A stretch of 63,622 nt of DNA, the filler included, from Hyphochytrium catenoides (Eukaryota > Protista > Hyphochytriomycota), in NCBI GenBank assembly GCA_900088475.1. It is 6 parts of 6 records of this genome, joined end to end, with 100 filler letters (N's around TTAATTAATTAA, not from the genome) between each part and the next. Parts side by side here need not be neighbours in the genome. Positions count along the whole stretch, not along the records: positions 1 to 15,616 come from FLMG01004685.1; 5 more parts are not named here. The stretch is one strand, 5' to 3'. Positions 1 to 10,935 of the stretch are shown here, piece by piece (position 1 is the first letter of the stretch; the number at the start of each line of letters is the position of its first letter). The position numbers and the translations under genes are program-made. Under the pieces are notes generated by a model, which had not been told where the DNA came from, did no database searches, and saw only the letters and a list, made by a program, of their open reading frames with translations.

Positions 1-474
1 AAACACTAACCCATCCACGATGGTGAAGGTCATGGACGTTCTGGGTCCCTTGTGAGTCTCTTCTCTATCTGTCTCACCAGCAGTGCTCTCACCAGCTTCA
101 GCACCGACACCGCTCTCTGCCGATTGACCCAGGGCGTCATCAGCAGTAGCTAGTCTCTTCATAAGCCTTCCTGAGATGTAGCCATGCAAATATATTACCC
201 GGCCAATTCGACCATGGACCATTGGCATGGCAATAGGCCATTCCTCAGGGGTCTCAAGACCATTCAACGAGGCGGGCGCAGTAAATGCGACATGGCAGAC
301 AAGGCTAGCGTCAACAATTGAGTTAACGGTCTCTTCATCGTAGTGGGCGCGATTCTGAAGACGACGTACGTAGTTGATCGCCTTTCGACTTGGCTGCGCT
401 GTGGAAGAGGAGCCGTTCTTTCCAGCCCTCAGCTCCTGCGCATCACTCGTTGTGACGGAGTCCGGCTGGCTCAT
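1..474 (-). CDS. Pyridoxamine 5'-phosphate oxidase-like / NimA-family flavin-nucleotide-binding protein (5' part; runs off window start)
   Basis: Manual translation of the minus strand (not in ORF track because it is open at position 1): MSQPDSVT...INYVRRLQNRAHYDEETVNSIVDASLVCHVAF...WPIAMPMVHGRIGRVIYLHGYISGRLMKRL...TFTIVDGLVF. The RAxYD...CHVAF...YLHGxxSGRLM...VDGLV pattern is characteristic of Pyridox_oxidase_2 (PF12900). ATG at 474-472 follows an in-frame TGA at 489-487. Confidence 0.85.
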   Translation of the reverse strand, partial: MSQPDSVTTSDAQELRAGKNGSSSTAQPSRKAINYVRRLQNRAHYDEETVNSIVDASLVCHVAFTAPASLNGLETPEEWPIAMPMVHGRIGRVIYLHGYISGRLMKRLATADDALGQSAESGVGAEAGESTAGETDREETHKGPRTSMTFTIVDGLVF

Positions 475-799
475 GGTGCCGTGCAGTCACTGCACAGCTT
501 CCGAAAGACGATGTGAGCGGAAGGAGTACCGACGAGGAGTGATGCCAAAGAGTCTTGACTCACTCTTCAGCAGGACCGCGCTCTTCAGCAGGACTGCTGG
601 CCGTTGGAGGCATTGCCCTGCGGCTCTGCTGAGTCATGGGAGAATAGGGAGAAAGCGAGCAGTGTTATACAGAGGGGAAGCGGAGATAGAGGTTCATCTG
701 TTGAGCGCCTGCGCCGCGAGATATTTTCTGATGGCGGCTGGGGTGATAGGAGTAGATAATGACTGAGGATGAAGTCTCCTGGCTGAAGGGACCCGTTCA

Positions 800-1330
800 G
801 TGAAGTTGAAGTGAGAGACAGAGGAGATCCTAAAGAGACAGAGACGGAAGAGATGAAAGGAGAGGAGGGGATAGACTTCAAGATGAGAGCAGACAGAGTA
901 AGTGGGAGACATGCTTAGCCAGAAGGACGGACAAGGAGGAGGAGAGATGAGGAGGAAGATAGGAGAGGCCAAAACTACGAGCAATGAGAGAAGAAAGTGA
1001 CAGAGTAATGAGAGTGAGAACAGAGAGAGAGAGAGAGAAGAAAGAGAGTGAGAGAGACAGACATACCGAGAGAGAGAGAAAGAGAGAGAGAAATACACAC
1101 AGAGAGGGAGGGAGGGAGAGACAGAGATAGACAGAGATACCGAGAGAGAGAAAGAGAGAGAGATACACAGAGAGAGAGGAGGCAGAGAGAGACAGAGAGA
1201 GGAGAGAGAGAACACATCAAGGGAGAAAACAGAGAGAGGAAAAAGGCAGGGTAGATGAGAGACAGAGCTGTCCAAGGTGACCAAAGGTGTAGGTAGAGAA
1301 GACCAATTGACAGAGACAGAGAAAGGAGAG
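800..1330. repeat. (GA)n-rich microsatellite / purine tract
   Basis: Long imperfect GAGA/GAGAC runs; the overlapping RE- and SL-rich ORFs are translation artefacts. Confidence 0.9.
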
Positions 1331-4255
1331 AAACATCAGAATATTATCCTAGTCTGAGAACCGCTCTATCTATAATAAGGGTCACACATGCTTCCTGAAG
1401 CTATTATCGTTCATGGCCACCTTGCCACTAGAGCCACCCTAGCACATGTTAGGTCGCTCTTCTCTTTTCGAGAAAGAGAGAGAAGCCGAGAGAGTGGAGA
1501 ATGAAAGCTGCGTCAATCACAGGTACTCGTACAGTACTGCTTCGTCAGAGTTGTTTTTTTTCAAATTGCTGACGAAGCTCAAGAGCTCGCGCTGCGATGA
1601 TGGCGGTGGCGTAGCAGGTGATTGATGGCGATGGCGTGTGCGCTGGGCGGTGAAGAACACAGTGGACAAAAAGTTAGGCAGAGAGTGCTACTAAGCCCAT
1701 ACTCGTCAAGCAGCACCTCAAGAACTATTGGCTCACGCACTTCTTGACTTTTGACGGCATGCGACGAGGGTTCACCTACTAACCACATGTAGGCGACGTG
1801 GTGCTGGAACTGTCTTTCTGTCAACATAACAACTTTCTTGCCCATGGTTGCCCAGACCACATCGGACATGTATGAAACAGCCCTAGGAAAGGCAGATAAG
1901 CAAAGTAGTATATTTCTACCATTACACTGGATAAGCTGATGACAATTTGATCACTCTGAGAAATGCGGCCTTTCTAGGTGTTGGCTTGATGTGCGCAGTC
2001 ACTATGCAGGTGGCGAAGGGCATTGACTCATGTTATTATAAGGCCAACTGCCGCTTGAGCGACTTCTATCTTCTCACGTAACACTATCCCGTTCGTCCTC
2101 GATAGTACTACCGCGACATACTTTAGTACGGAGCGTACCCCTCTGTGAGATAATGGCTTTGCCCTTCTGCCTTGCGTTCCGTCACGAACGGCCCTGAATC
2201 CGGGTTCAAGCTTTAGTCACCGCGATGTTATGGTAGTGTAACTCTTCTCGGTTCTCTGAGTAACTGCAGGCTCTCGTCCAGAAAGACGATTGTCTGTCTC
2301 TATTACATGGCAGCGCGCTTCACGCTTTTGGCCTAATCATAATGTTAGTACTAGGAGGGGAAGGAGTGTGGCTACAAGCAGTCTATTCGTTCAAGTGGTA
2401 TGATCTAAGGACCTTTCTCTCACGATCCGTTAGCTCGCTCCCTTCCCCTGTATCGGGCAACGAGACTATCGGCATGCCCTACATTGCAGCTTCTACACAA
2501 GCACAATCTCCCACGACGGACAAGAAATATGATTTGGATAACAACATGAGCCCCAGAGAAAGGTAGACCTGTAATATCATGCCTGTAAGCGACTCACAAT
2601 TAGAAGAAGAGCCTTTGCAGCGGACCGGCCACATGGAGCACGGACACATCATTCTCCGTTCCATCAAGAGATTGTACAGCCAGGGGAGCACTGTGGGAAA
2701 GCCAGCAAGTGGCTAGCCGGGTTGCGAAAGAGCCTCTGCCGCTGGTCTATCAAAAAAGTAGGTACTCATGTCACAAGGAGCCGATGATCTGCCTTTGATG
2801 TTGATGGGGAGAGGTAGTCGACCATCAGTCTAGCTAGGGACATCCTATTATTAAGATCAGCGAAGATGGGCCACAGTCGCCCATCCTCTTTCATCATCCA
2901 TTGCTTGCTTAAGACACCCGAGTCTCCAATCCATACAAGAGACACACTTGAGGCACCCGAGTCTCTTGGTAACGGACGAGCAAGAACAGCTTGTACAGCT
3001 TGCCAAGACGACGGTCAAGAGGTGGAACTTCCATTACAAAAGTGGGAATTGTAGGGGTAACCCCAAAATGCCATAGAATCGTCACCCCAGACCTCCTTCA
3101 CTCTTGAACAGGCAGTTCGCTTGCCAAGAAGCGCTAGCATTTGTTAATAATCTTACGTGTTTGGAAGCTACTCTGCTTACTTATCTTGGCGTTATCTTGG
3201 CGTTGCCTCTATCACCTTCCTGGAATCCCCAACAAACCATTGCCTGTACGTCTAGACTACTGGTTCTTTGGCGAGAAGGCTATTGAAATGCGAGGAGTAG
3301 TGCGTGATATCTTTCCCTTCTTCGCCCTCCTTTTCAAGCAGCAAGGCGAGCCTAACTTGGAGATCTCGCATGTGGGGTTAGCTGCCTTCCTCCTCTTCAG
3401 AACAATAAGATAGACTATCGACGGCTGACGAGTATTTGACTGTTTTGAGAGGTAAGAGAATAGTTGCCAGTGCCTGCAGGACAGGAAGGAAGGAGTTGCT
3501 AAAGGCTTGGCTTGCAGAGCAAGAGTATAAAAGGCCTAGAATGTTCGTGTTGCTTCTCTCTGTCTCTCTCCCTCTGTTGGCTGTTCTCTTGCCCCTTTGT
3601 GGACAAGAGAAAGGAGCAAATCCACAGCTTCAACCTGAGGAGTTACGGCATGAGCATAACAACACATATTATTGTAGGGAAGATAGGGTTAGCACAATGT
3701 AAAAGATATTACTACTCCTTAGAAAAGCTCTGGTGTAACGAACCTTTGAAGCGCTGCCTTCTGATTGGCTCCTAAGGTGCACTAGTCAGTCTGCCTAAGA
3801 TCTCAGCCACTCCCTGCGCCCAGGGTCCGCCATGGATCNNTAGATAGAAGGAGCAGTACCCTGTGCCACATTTTTCATCTATTTTTAGAACTACCAATCG
3901 CTTGCAAGGATGTCTTTGCTGCCGTATCTAGGGCGAGAAGCGTGGCAGTGTGACAGAAGAAGGGGAGGGAGACAAGTATCTGTAGGCCAAAGGAGGCAGT
4001 GTAAGACGAAACATCGGAGGTATTTATTGATCGGCTTCCTTCAGCACATCCAGCGCCAGATGAACCAAGCGGCGGTGAAGCAAGTCACTACACATTCTCC
4101 GTCAGACGACACAGTCACTCAGCGCATCAGGCAAGTACTCCACAGCTTGCCGCCCAAGCGCCGCCCAGATTGGCACACCGCACACAGCTCTTGCCCAACA
4201 GCCGTAGCTACCAGCCCCACTGTAGTAAGGACATTAACCCGGAGCAGGAGCAAAA

Positions 4256-5140
4256 ATGACTGCGTTGATCTCGTTCGCTCGTGCGGCTGCCGGTATATTG
4301 GCTGTTATCGCCATCCAAGCCGACGCTCATATGCAGGTGCAAAATCCCCCTCCTCGAGGGTCCAGGTTCAACACTGGATACTCTCCGACCGACTATAACC
4401 TCATGGCTCCTGCGACAGCCATCTGCCAGGGAAAACCAGCGGGCAATGTCGTTAAGACCCTCGTGGCAGGCGAGCAGTCTTCCATCGAATTTGTGCCATC
4501 AGGCTCACCTCACGGCGGAGGTGGATGCCAGATATCTCTTTCCTACGATGATGGAAAGACCTTTACCGCTATCCACACTACAGATAGGTCATGCCCACTG
4601 GAGAATAGCATTACCTTTACGGTGCCAGCTAACGCACCAAGCTGCGAGAAATGCGTTCTGGCATGGACTTGGGTGCCCACCATCAGCGGAGGACCAGAGT
4701 TCTATATGAACTGTATGGACGTCAGCATCAAGGGAACTGCGACAGAGCCTCTCACAGGACCTGCTACAATCTTCGTCAACCTCCCAGGATACCCCACACG
4801 CAAAGGAAGCCTCTTCTTTGACTTCGACCCATACAATCCCGCCAACAACAACGCAGAGGCCCAAAGAGCTATGGCGGCACCAGTGCCTAATGTGACACCG
4901 GCACCTTCCCCCAGCGCCACTACTGCACCCAATCCACCGGCTGCTTCGCCCTCAGTATCAACTGCGAACAAACGCCCATGTATGGCTGGCAGTGATTCCG
5001 ATACGATCCTGCCACCTCCTCATTGTGGCACGTGCAAGGGGTGCCTGTGGACGTATTCGACTGGTACTCAGTGTTTCCCTAACTACCCTCGTGTCAGCTG
5101 TGAAGTGTATAAGGACCACGGGTATACGTGGTGCTCTTAA
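4256..5140 (+). CDS. Secreted lytic polysaccharide monooxygenase, AA11-like (chitin-active family), with Pro/Thr linker and C-terminal Cys-rich module
   Basis: Signal peptide ending ADA directly before His (mature N-terminus HMQV = His1 of the copper histidine brace); second His in SPHGGGGCQISLSYD; AWTW and EFYMNC (axial Tyr) motifs typical of AA11. Single intronless ORF of 294 aa. Confidence 0.85.
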   Translation: MTALISFARAAAGILAVIAIQADAHMQVQNPPPRGSRFNTGYSPTDYNLMAPATAICQGKPAGNVVKTLVAGEQSSIEFVPSGSPHGGGGCQISLSYDDGKTFTAIHTTDRSCPLENSITFTVPANAPSCEKCVLAWTWVPTISGGPEFYMNCMDVSIKGTATEPLTGPATIFVNLPGYPTRKGSLFFDFDPYNPANNNAEAQRAMAAPVPNVTPAPSPSATTAPNPPAASPSVSTANKRPCMAGSDSDTILPPPHCGTCKGCLWTYSTGTQCFPNYPRVSCEVYKDHGYTWCS

Positions 5141-5960
5141 ACGCACTACGGCTGCTCTTTCAACGTCAAAGTGATCCCGTCAGCCCTCTTTGTCTTGAGC
5201 TTGTTTGTACCTAATATGGGGAATAAATGATCTTTTTGCAGTATCATCAACGTCTCTATCTTACATATTGTAAGCCGCTATACAGCCATAGATGCATAGA
5301 GACTTACTGAGTAGCTCCTATTTCTCTCTCATCGTCCTAGTCCCTAACATGATGCCGTCATTACTACGAGATCATCGCTCTTAAAGGCTATTACAATGAA
5401 CATGAAAGAGACTACGAAGGCGATGCGGAGCTGGAGGGAAGTCGCAGCTATAATCAGCAGTGCTCCTTATCATATTGAATGATCTCTTAGGACTGCACTA
5501 ACGCCTAAGGGATAGGAGAGGTTAGAAGGAGATTAATGAAGAAGAGAATGAGCTCGATCAAAAGCTAGATAGATTGATGATCCTCCTTAAAGTACTAAAT
5601 TTGCAAAGCTATAAAGTTGACATCCATGAGAGAAAGCAGAGAGAGAGGAAATACACTCTAATAGATAAATAAGAGAGAGAGCAGAGATCGCTAAGAGAAC
5701 CCATTGAACAGTCATGAAGGGAAAGTCCATCATCTCAAACAAGAGAATCGGCAATGAATTGCCGCTAAGAAGGAAAGGAAGAACCAAAGTTGGAAAGGTG
5801 AAAGTAGGATGAAAAAACACAATGTAGCAGAGAAAGCAAATTCTTCATTGATCTGTTTATAAAAAGCTCTCTAACATTTTGAAAAGGCAAGCGGTCTCCG
5901 TCGTTGACAGCGACTAGAATTCTTGAACCGTGGCTACCAAGGGGAGTAATCCGCGCTAGC

Positions 5961-6968
5961 TCAAGGTAAAGCAGGCAGAGCTCTTACCTCCTCTGGGGAG
6001 CTAACAACCTGCACATCGTCCCGCAGAGGTGGGGCCACAATCGGGAACCTTGGAGCGTTGACCAGAACTGTGAGCCTTGCTACATCCGAGCCGTTGCGAG
6101 AGATGTACTGATCGAAGAAGTCCATCATCTCTGACTTAGTTACGGTCCTGAGGTACTTGGCTTGCTCGTGCTGGAGGTCAAATCGGTAAGTCCCTGATGT
6201 TATCTCGGACAGATATTGCCAGGTGTTATCGCTAAGTGAATCGGCCTTGCGTTCCTTGCGTGCAATAAGACTCTCAAGCGTGCTTTCAAACTGATCGAAG
6301 CCTCCTTCAGCAATGAAGTTGTCAAAGAAAGATTCTATCCTTTGTTCAAGGTACAAAGAATCATTGTTTGAGCCTTCTACGAAACACTGCAACGAGTTGA
6401 TTTTGACCCAGTCCACGCTCCAACAAGAAAGAGCATAACCCAACTGCTCCTTCGTCCGCAGGGTGTCGAAGAAAGGCTGCTCGACGAGAGCTGCAAGGAG
6501 TTCCGCCTTGCTGGAACCGGTCAAGCCACTTCCGAGCTGCAAATAACGAAGAGGAGAGAGCGCCAAAGGAGGCATTGTTTGGTCAGGAAGCAAATATACT
6601 CTTCAACGGCGCTAAATAAATGCAAGAGGAGATTCCTCTACCTGATATTGCACCACTGTAACTGAGTTCAAGTTTTCAGGATCTAAACCTGTTGTCTGAA
6701 AGACGACCTTCTTCCGCTTGGGCAGCTGGGTCAGGGCAACCCTAGTTTGCCGTTGGTCCTCAGGGAGAGCCTTGTAACCAAGAATGTCGTGGACGTCGTC
6801 AGCTGTAGCTAACGCCTGGGCCTCGTTCATGTTGCCATTGACGAGGATATCACAGAAGAGGTTGGACAAGAACTTTTCCAGTCTGGCTTGCACTTGCTCC
6901 AGCTGTAGACTCTCCATTGCTTCTTCCAGATCCTTACCAAAGTATCTCGTCTACATGGCGGTTAGAAA

Positions 6969-6999
<31 letters not shown>

Positions 7000-9976
7000 G
7001 AGCGAGAGAGAGAGCGCGCAAGGGAGAGAGAGAGAGGGAGATACACCAAGTTAGTCACTCACTCGTGGTAGGAGGGACTGGACGACGTACCTTATCGGTC
7101 ATGTACTCATCATACAGAAAACCGAGAATAATCGGATACTTGTTGTTGTTCCTCAGTGAGCGTAAGGCTATATCCAGATTCCTCTTGAACATCTTCTCAC
7201 TGAGCTTAGTGGTTTTCAAGATAGTCAGTATCTGCCTCAGTAGAGCGGGGACGACCTGGTTGTAGCCCTCGACTACCAGGCCCAGAGAGGCGGTTCCTTC
7301 CAATAAGTAGAAATCCAGTCCTGCCGCCCTTGCAGCGCCAAGAGTGCTGGTCAGCCGGTCCGAGAAGATCGCCACGATAAGCTGAATGAATGCGGCATCC
7401 GCAGCCGTCTCATCAGCGCTGCCTCCTCTCATACTGATGACCACACCCGCCAATGGTTTCTTATAGTAGACATCTTGCTGCAAGGTTTGGGACAGTTGAG
7501 GAAAAGGATTGAAGCAGCGGCGGACCAACATTAGAAACAGCACTGGTACAGACCTTTCAGCCAGAACAAAGTCTTTTGGAGAAGCTTACCTTGAGGAACA
7601 CATTCATCACATCGTCCTTTCTAATGGCCTTAGGGACATCCTCTGAAGCGGTCGAAGCCGGAAGAATGCTGAAATCTGTAGCGATGAAGGCCTCGTTCGA
7701 AGGTGGCAGCTGCATTGTGGACGAAGGAGAGGCGAGTGCAGCACCCCAGACGTCGAGTCTGCTGCTGGTGAGAGGGAGGAGAGCGTATTTCACTCCGTAC
7801 CACTTCTCTTGACGGTCGAGAGGGACAGGATGAGTCTTGGCGGACACGGATAGCACCATGTTAGCAGGGGTTAGCATCGAGACTGTACTGCGGAAAGCAT
7901 CCAAAGAGAAGTCGCGAAGGCGAGTGGCATGGCTATAGCTGTATCGAACTGGCATTTGCTGCATGTTGGTGCCGATATCAGCGGTGAAGCTAAATAAGTC
8001 AGAACTCTTCTCCTAGAGATGGAAGAAGTGCATTAGTACGTGTAAGAAGTGCCAATCACCGTCGGCGAATAAAGAGATATTTCAGGGGCAATTGGATGTC
8101 AACAGTAAAGCGGTGAAGTAGGAGAGAGAGAAAGAGAGACAGGGAGGGGAGGAGGAGAGAGGGAGAAGTGCAAATGAGAAAGAGAGCAGCAGCAGAAGTG
8201 TAGGTGGGAGAAAGAGAAATAAGGGAGAACAGAACCTATGTCAAGTGGCAAGAAACCTAAACAAGCGACAGATAGGAGGGGTGAGGCAAGGGATGAGGGC
8301 CATTATACGGGTGATCCCAACAGCGGAGTAGGAGAATCAGGCCGCCTTACCTTGAACCTGAAAGCCGTCGATTGCAGGGCTGCATATTCATTAAACTGCT
8401 TCTGAAGGGAGGCGTCAGATGCTTGGGCGAGGCGACCGATGTATTCAAAGACAGTGCTAACGACCATGTCCTTGTTCTTCAGCCCATCTTCAGTGAGCTG
8501 CAGGACCATAGAGATTAGAAAATATGTGTTAAGCAAGAAGGAGAAAAAAACGTGAGAGAGACTTCTTACGTCAATGGAGATCAGTAGAATAGCGTAATCG
8601 CGGTTATCTAGCTCCAGGGTTGCGGTCAAAGAGTTCTCAGCCAGATTGTTTGACTTCAGCTGGAAAAGGATCGAGCCTTCCCTCATGTCCCCAAGGAAGT
8701 AGTTCAAGAGACGTATAGTTGAGCTTCTTTGATAGTCAACTGTTGGGATTGGCCAGCGAATATCCATCTGACGGAGTTCCAATACAGTTTCAACAAGAAG
8801 TTCTTTGCCCATCTGTTCCTTTCTGATTGGGTCGGTTTCATACACAGGGCGAGTTAGGCCCGAGTTCTTGACCGCGCTGAAAGATGTTTCCACAGCTCTT
8901 TCAAGTTCGTCCAAAGACTCCTTTCCGACGACAACGAGCTTCATCACGTTGGCAGAGTAGTGATTGTTATAGAAAGAACGTAGCTTGTCAAGAATGTCCG
9001 TCTGACTTAGCGTCTCATTACTTCCGACGGTAAATTTGCTTTCGGGATGATCAGGTCGGATAGAGCTGTCATAGAAGGCCTACAATGAGCATACGTTGAC
9101 ACGTAAGATGACGAGCTTCCGATGAAAAGGTTAGGCGACATTGAGCGACAATACTGACCCTCGACATTCTCCAATAGTCGTTCTGGATATTCCGGCGATA
9201 TTCTGAGTCGACTGCGAGCATCTCTCGGCTTACCGAGGAAGCGTTGAAGAGGGGACTGATGAAGAACTGAGCAAAGCGGTCCATTGCATTTACCAGGTGA
9301 TCTCTGCAGTAGAGCGATTGAAGGTCAGAGGGGTCTGAAGCAAGAGTAAGCGACCGAAAAAGCTGTTGCCACTTACGGGTCGACTTCGAAGAAATAGTGG
9401 GTAAACTCATCCGCTGTGTAAGCATTGGAATAGCCGCCGTGAGTAGCAAGGAATTGAGCGTATTCATCCTCATCTGGGTACTTCTCCGTGCCCATGAAGA
9501 GCATGTGCTCGAGAAAGTGAGCCATGCCAGGGACATCAACGGGGTCAGCCATACTTCCTACATGAACGTTCATGCCGGCGCCAGACTTGGACGCCTTGGG
9601 ATCTGATACGAGAACTACCTGGAAGGGGAAGAAGACAAAAAGGAAAGAATCGGGCAAATAAGAAAGAAGCGGGCAAAGCAAAAGAAAAGGTAAGACATTT
9701 TCGCCTGCACGCACACGACACCAGCGTTTCTACCTGCAGCTCGTTTGGTAGCGTGTAAGTGCGGAAAGTGCGGTCATCGGTTGCCGGCACCTCAAGCCCT
9801 CCCGATAAGATATAGCTTCCATCGGACGCTTCAGCAGCCAGAGTGCGCGGCGCTGAACCCTTCAGCAGCTGTGCCGTAGCTTCAGGCGTTTGAGATACCA
9901 AGGCCAACAACGAACATAATCCCAGCGCTGCCGCGCAGACTTTTCTTCTGAGGAAGAAACGCCTATGAAACCCCAT
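5961..9976 (-). CDS. Insulysin / insulin-degrading enzyme family metalloprotease (M16A), multi-exon, with predicted signal peptide
   Basis: Inverted zinc motif in GMAHFLEHMLFMGTEKYPDE (HxxEH), GGYSNAYT, DRFAQFFISPLF, FDTLRTKEQLGY. Exon pieces 9545-9976, 9373-9714, 9069-9539, 8303-8947, 7557-7964, 7055-7543, 6612-6917, 5961-6593 separated by GT-AG introns. Hydrophobic N-terminus ALGLCSLLALVSQTPEATA. Confidence 0.92.
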
Positions 9977-10179
9977 CTTATTGAAAAACGACAGCCTTCT
10001 AAAAAACTGCCTGCACCAGAGTTAGTCGTCCTTAGTTGTTCCTGGTAGGCAAATATATAAATGAGCTGTCTTTGGAGATGTAAGTTCTCAGGTCGCGGAC
10101 GAGACGCTAGGTATATCTGCTATCTCCTCGTTACTGCCTTCATCTCTTCATCCTCAAAAACTTTTTACTTTGACAGGCG

Positions 10180-10860
10180 TGGCGTGTTTCCCCTTGATCA
10201 GTCTCGTAGTTAGATACAACAGTAGGATCTTGACTGATTGATCCTCAGGCTATCTCTTATTCACTTCGTCTACTGATTGGACAACAACGAGAGAAATATA
10301 CAAACTTCAACTGCTAACCGCAGACGAAAACCTCTTGAGTCGACATTATCGGTCATATATAAGGAATACGTGATACAGGGTTTATTCTAAGGTGTTCTGC
10401 AATCAGCGATAGAAATAATGCGAGGAGAAGATGCTTATTACTAGTTCTATGGCAATATTTATTAGCTTCTAATTTTCTCTCTCACCACCTCCTCTCCTGG
10501 CCGTTGGAGAATAAATTCCATATTTGGAGAGCGTTTCTCCTTTCCAGCGGCCCATAAGAACACGGCGAGCAGCCTGGAGCCGCAGAGCAACCTGGAACCG
10601 CAGCCCAACACGCAGCAACAAACAATTCTCCTCACTTCTCAAGTCGTCATTCTTTCCCTCGCGAGGGGTATAAGACAAGTTGCGGTCAAAAATGCATTTT
10701 GCGGAGCTATGACGACGGTAAGTAGTGAGCGAGGAGGGTAAGTAGTAGGGCTTTATGCACCCAACAAAGAGTCGCGCTCATGCAGCTTCGTCGGAGGACA
10801 ACAGATGAATCAATCAGCGAAGTGAAGGGAGTTCTCTGTGGGCTAAGGTTCCACGGTCGC
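10180..10860. repeat. Tandem duplication, copy 1 (~0.7 kb)
   Basis: Colinear with 10936-11940 (shared ggcgtgtttcccc, tacaaacttcaactgctaa, gcgtttctcctttccagcggcccataagaacacggcgagcagcc, gcgaagtgaagggagttctctgtgg). Confidence 0.9.
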
Positions 10861-10935
10861 GCCTGAAATAATGAAGGGGAGAACGGAAGGAATTTTATAA
10901 AAGAACACCAATCTAGGATTCGAAACCTTCACATT

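Noticed and set aside
694-1284. Long SL-rich / RE-rich ORFs (also 15985-16263, 17305-17607, 30212-31556, 49158-49714)
   Set aside because: Translations of (GA)n/(CT)n microsatellites that simply lack stop codons.
3910-4971. ORFs overlapping the LPMO in other frames or strand
   Set aside because: Shadow ORFs with no motifs; the AA11 frame explains the region.
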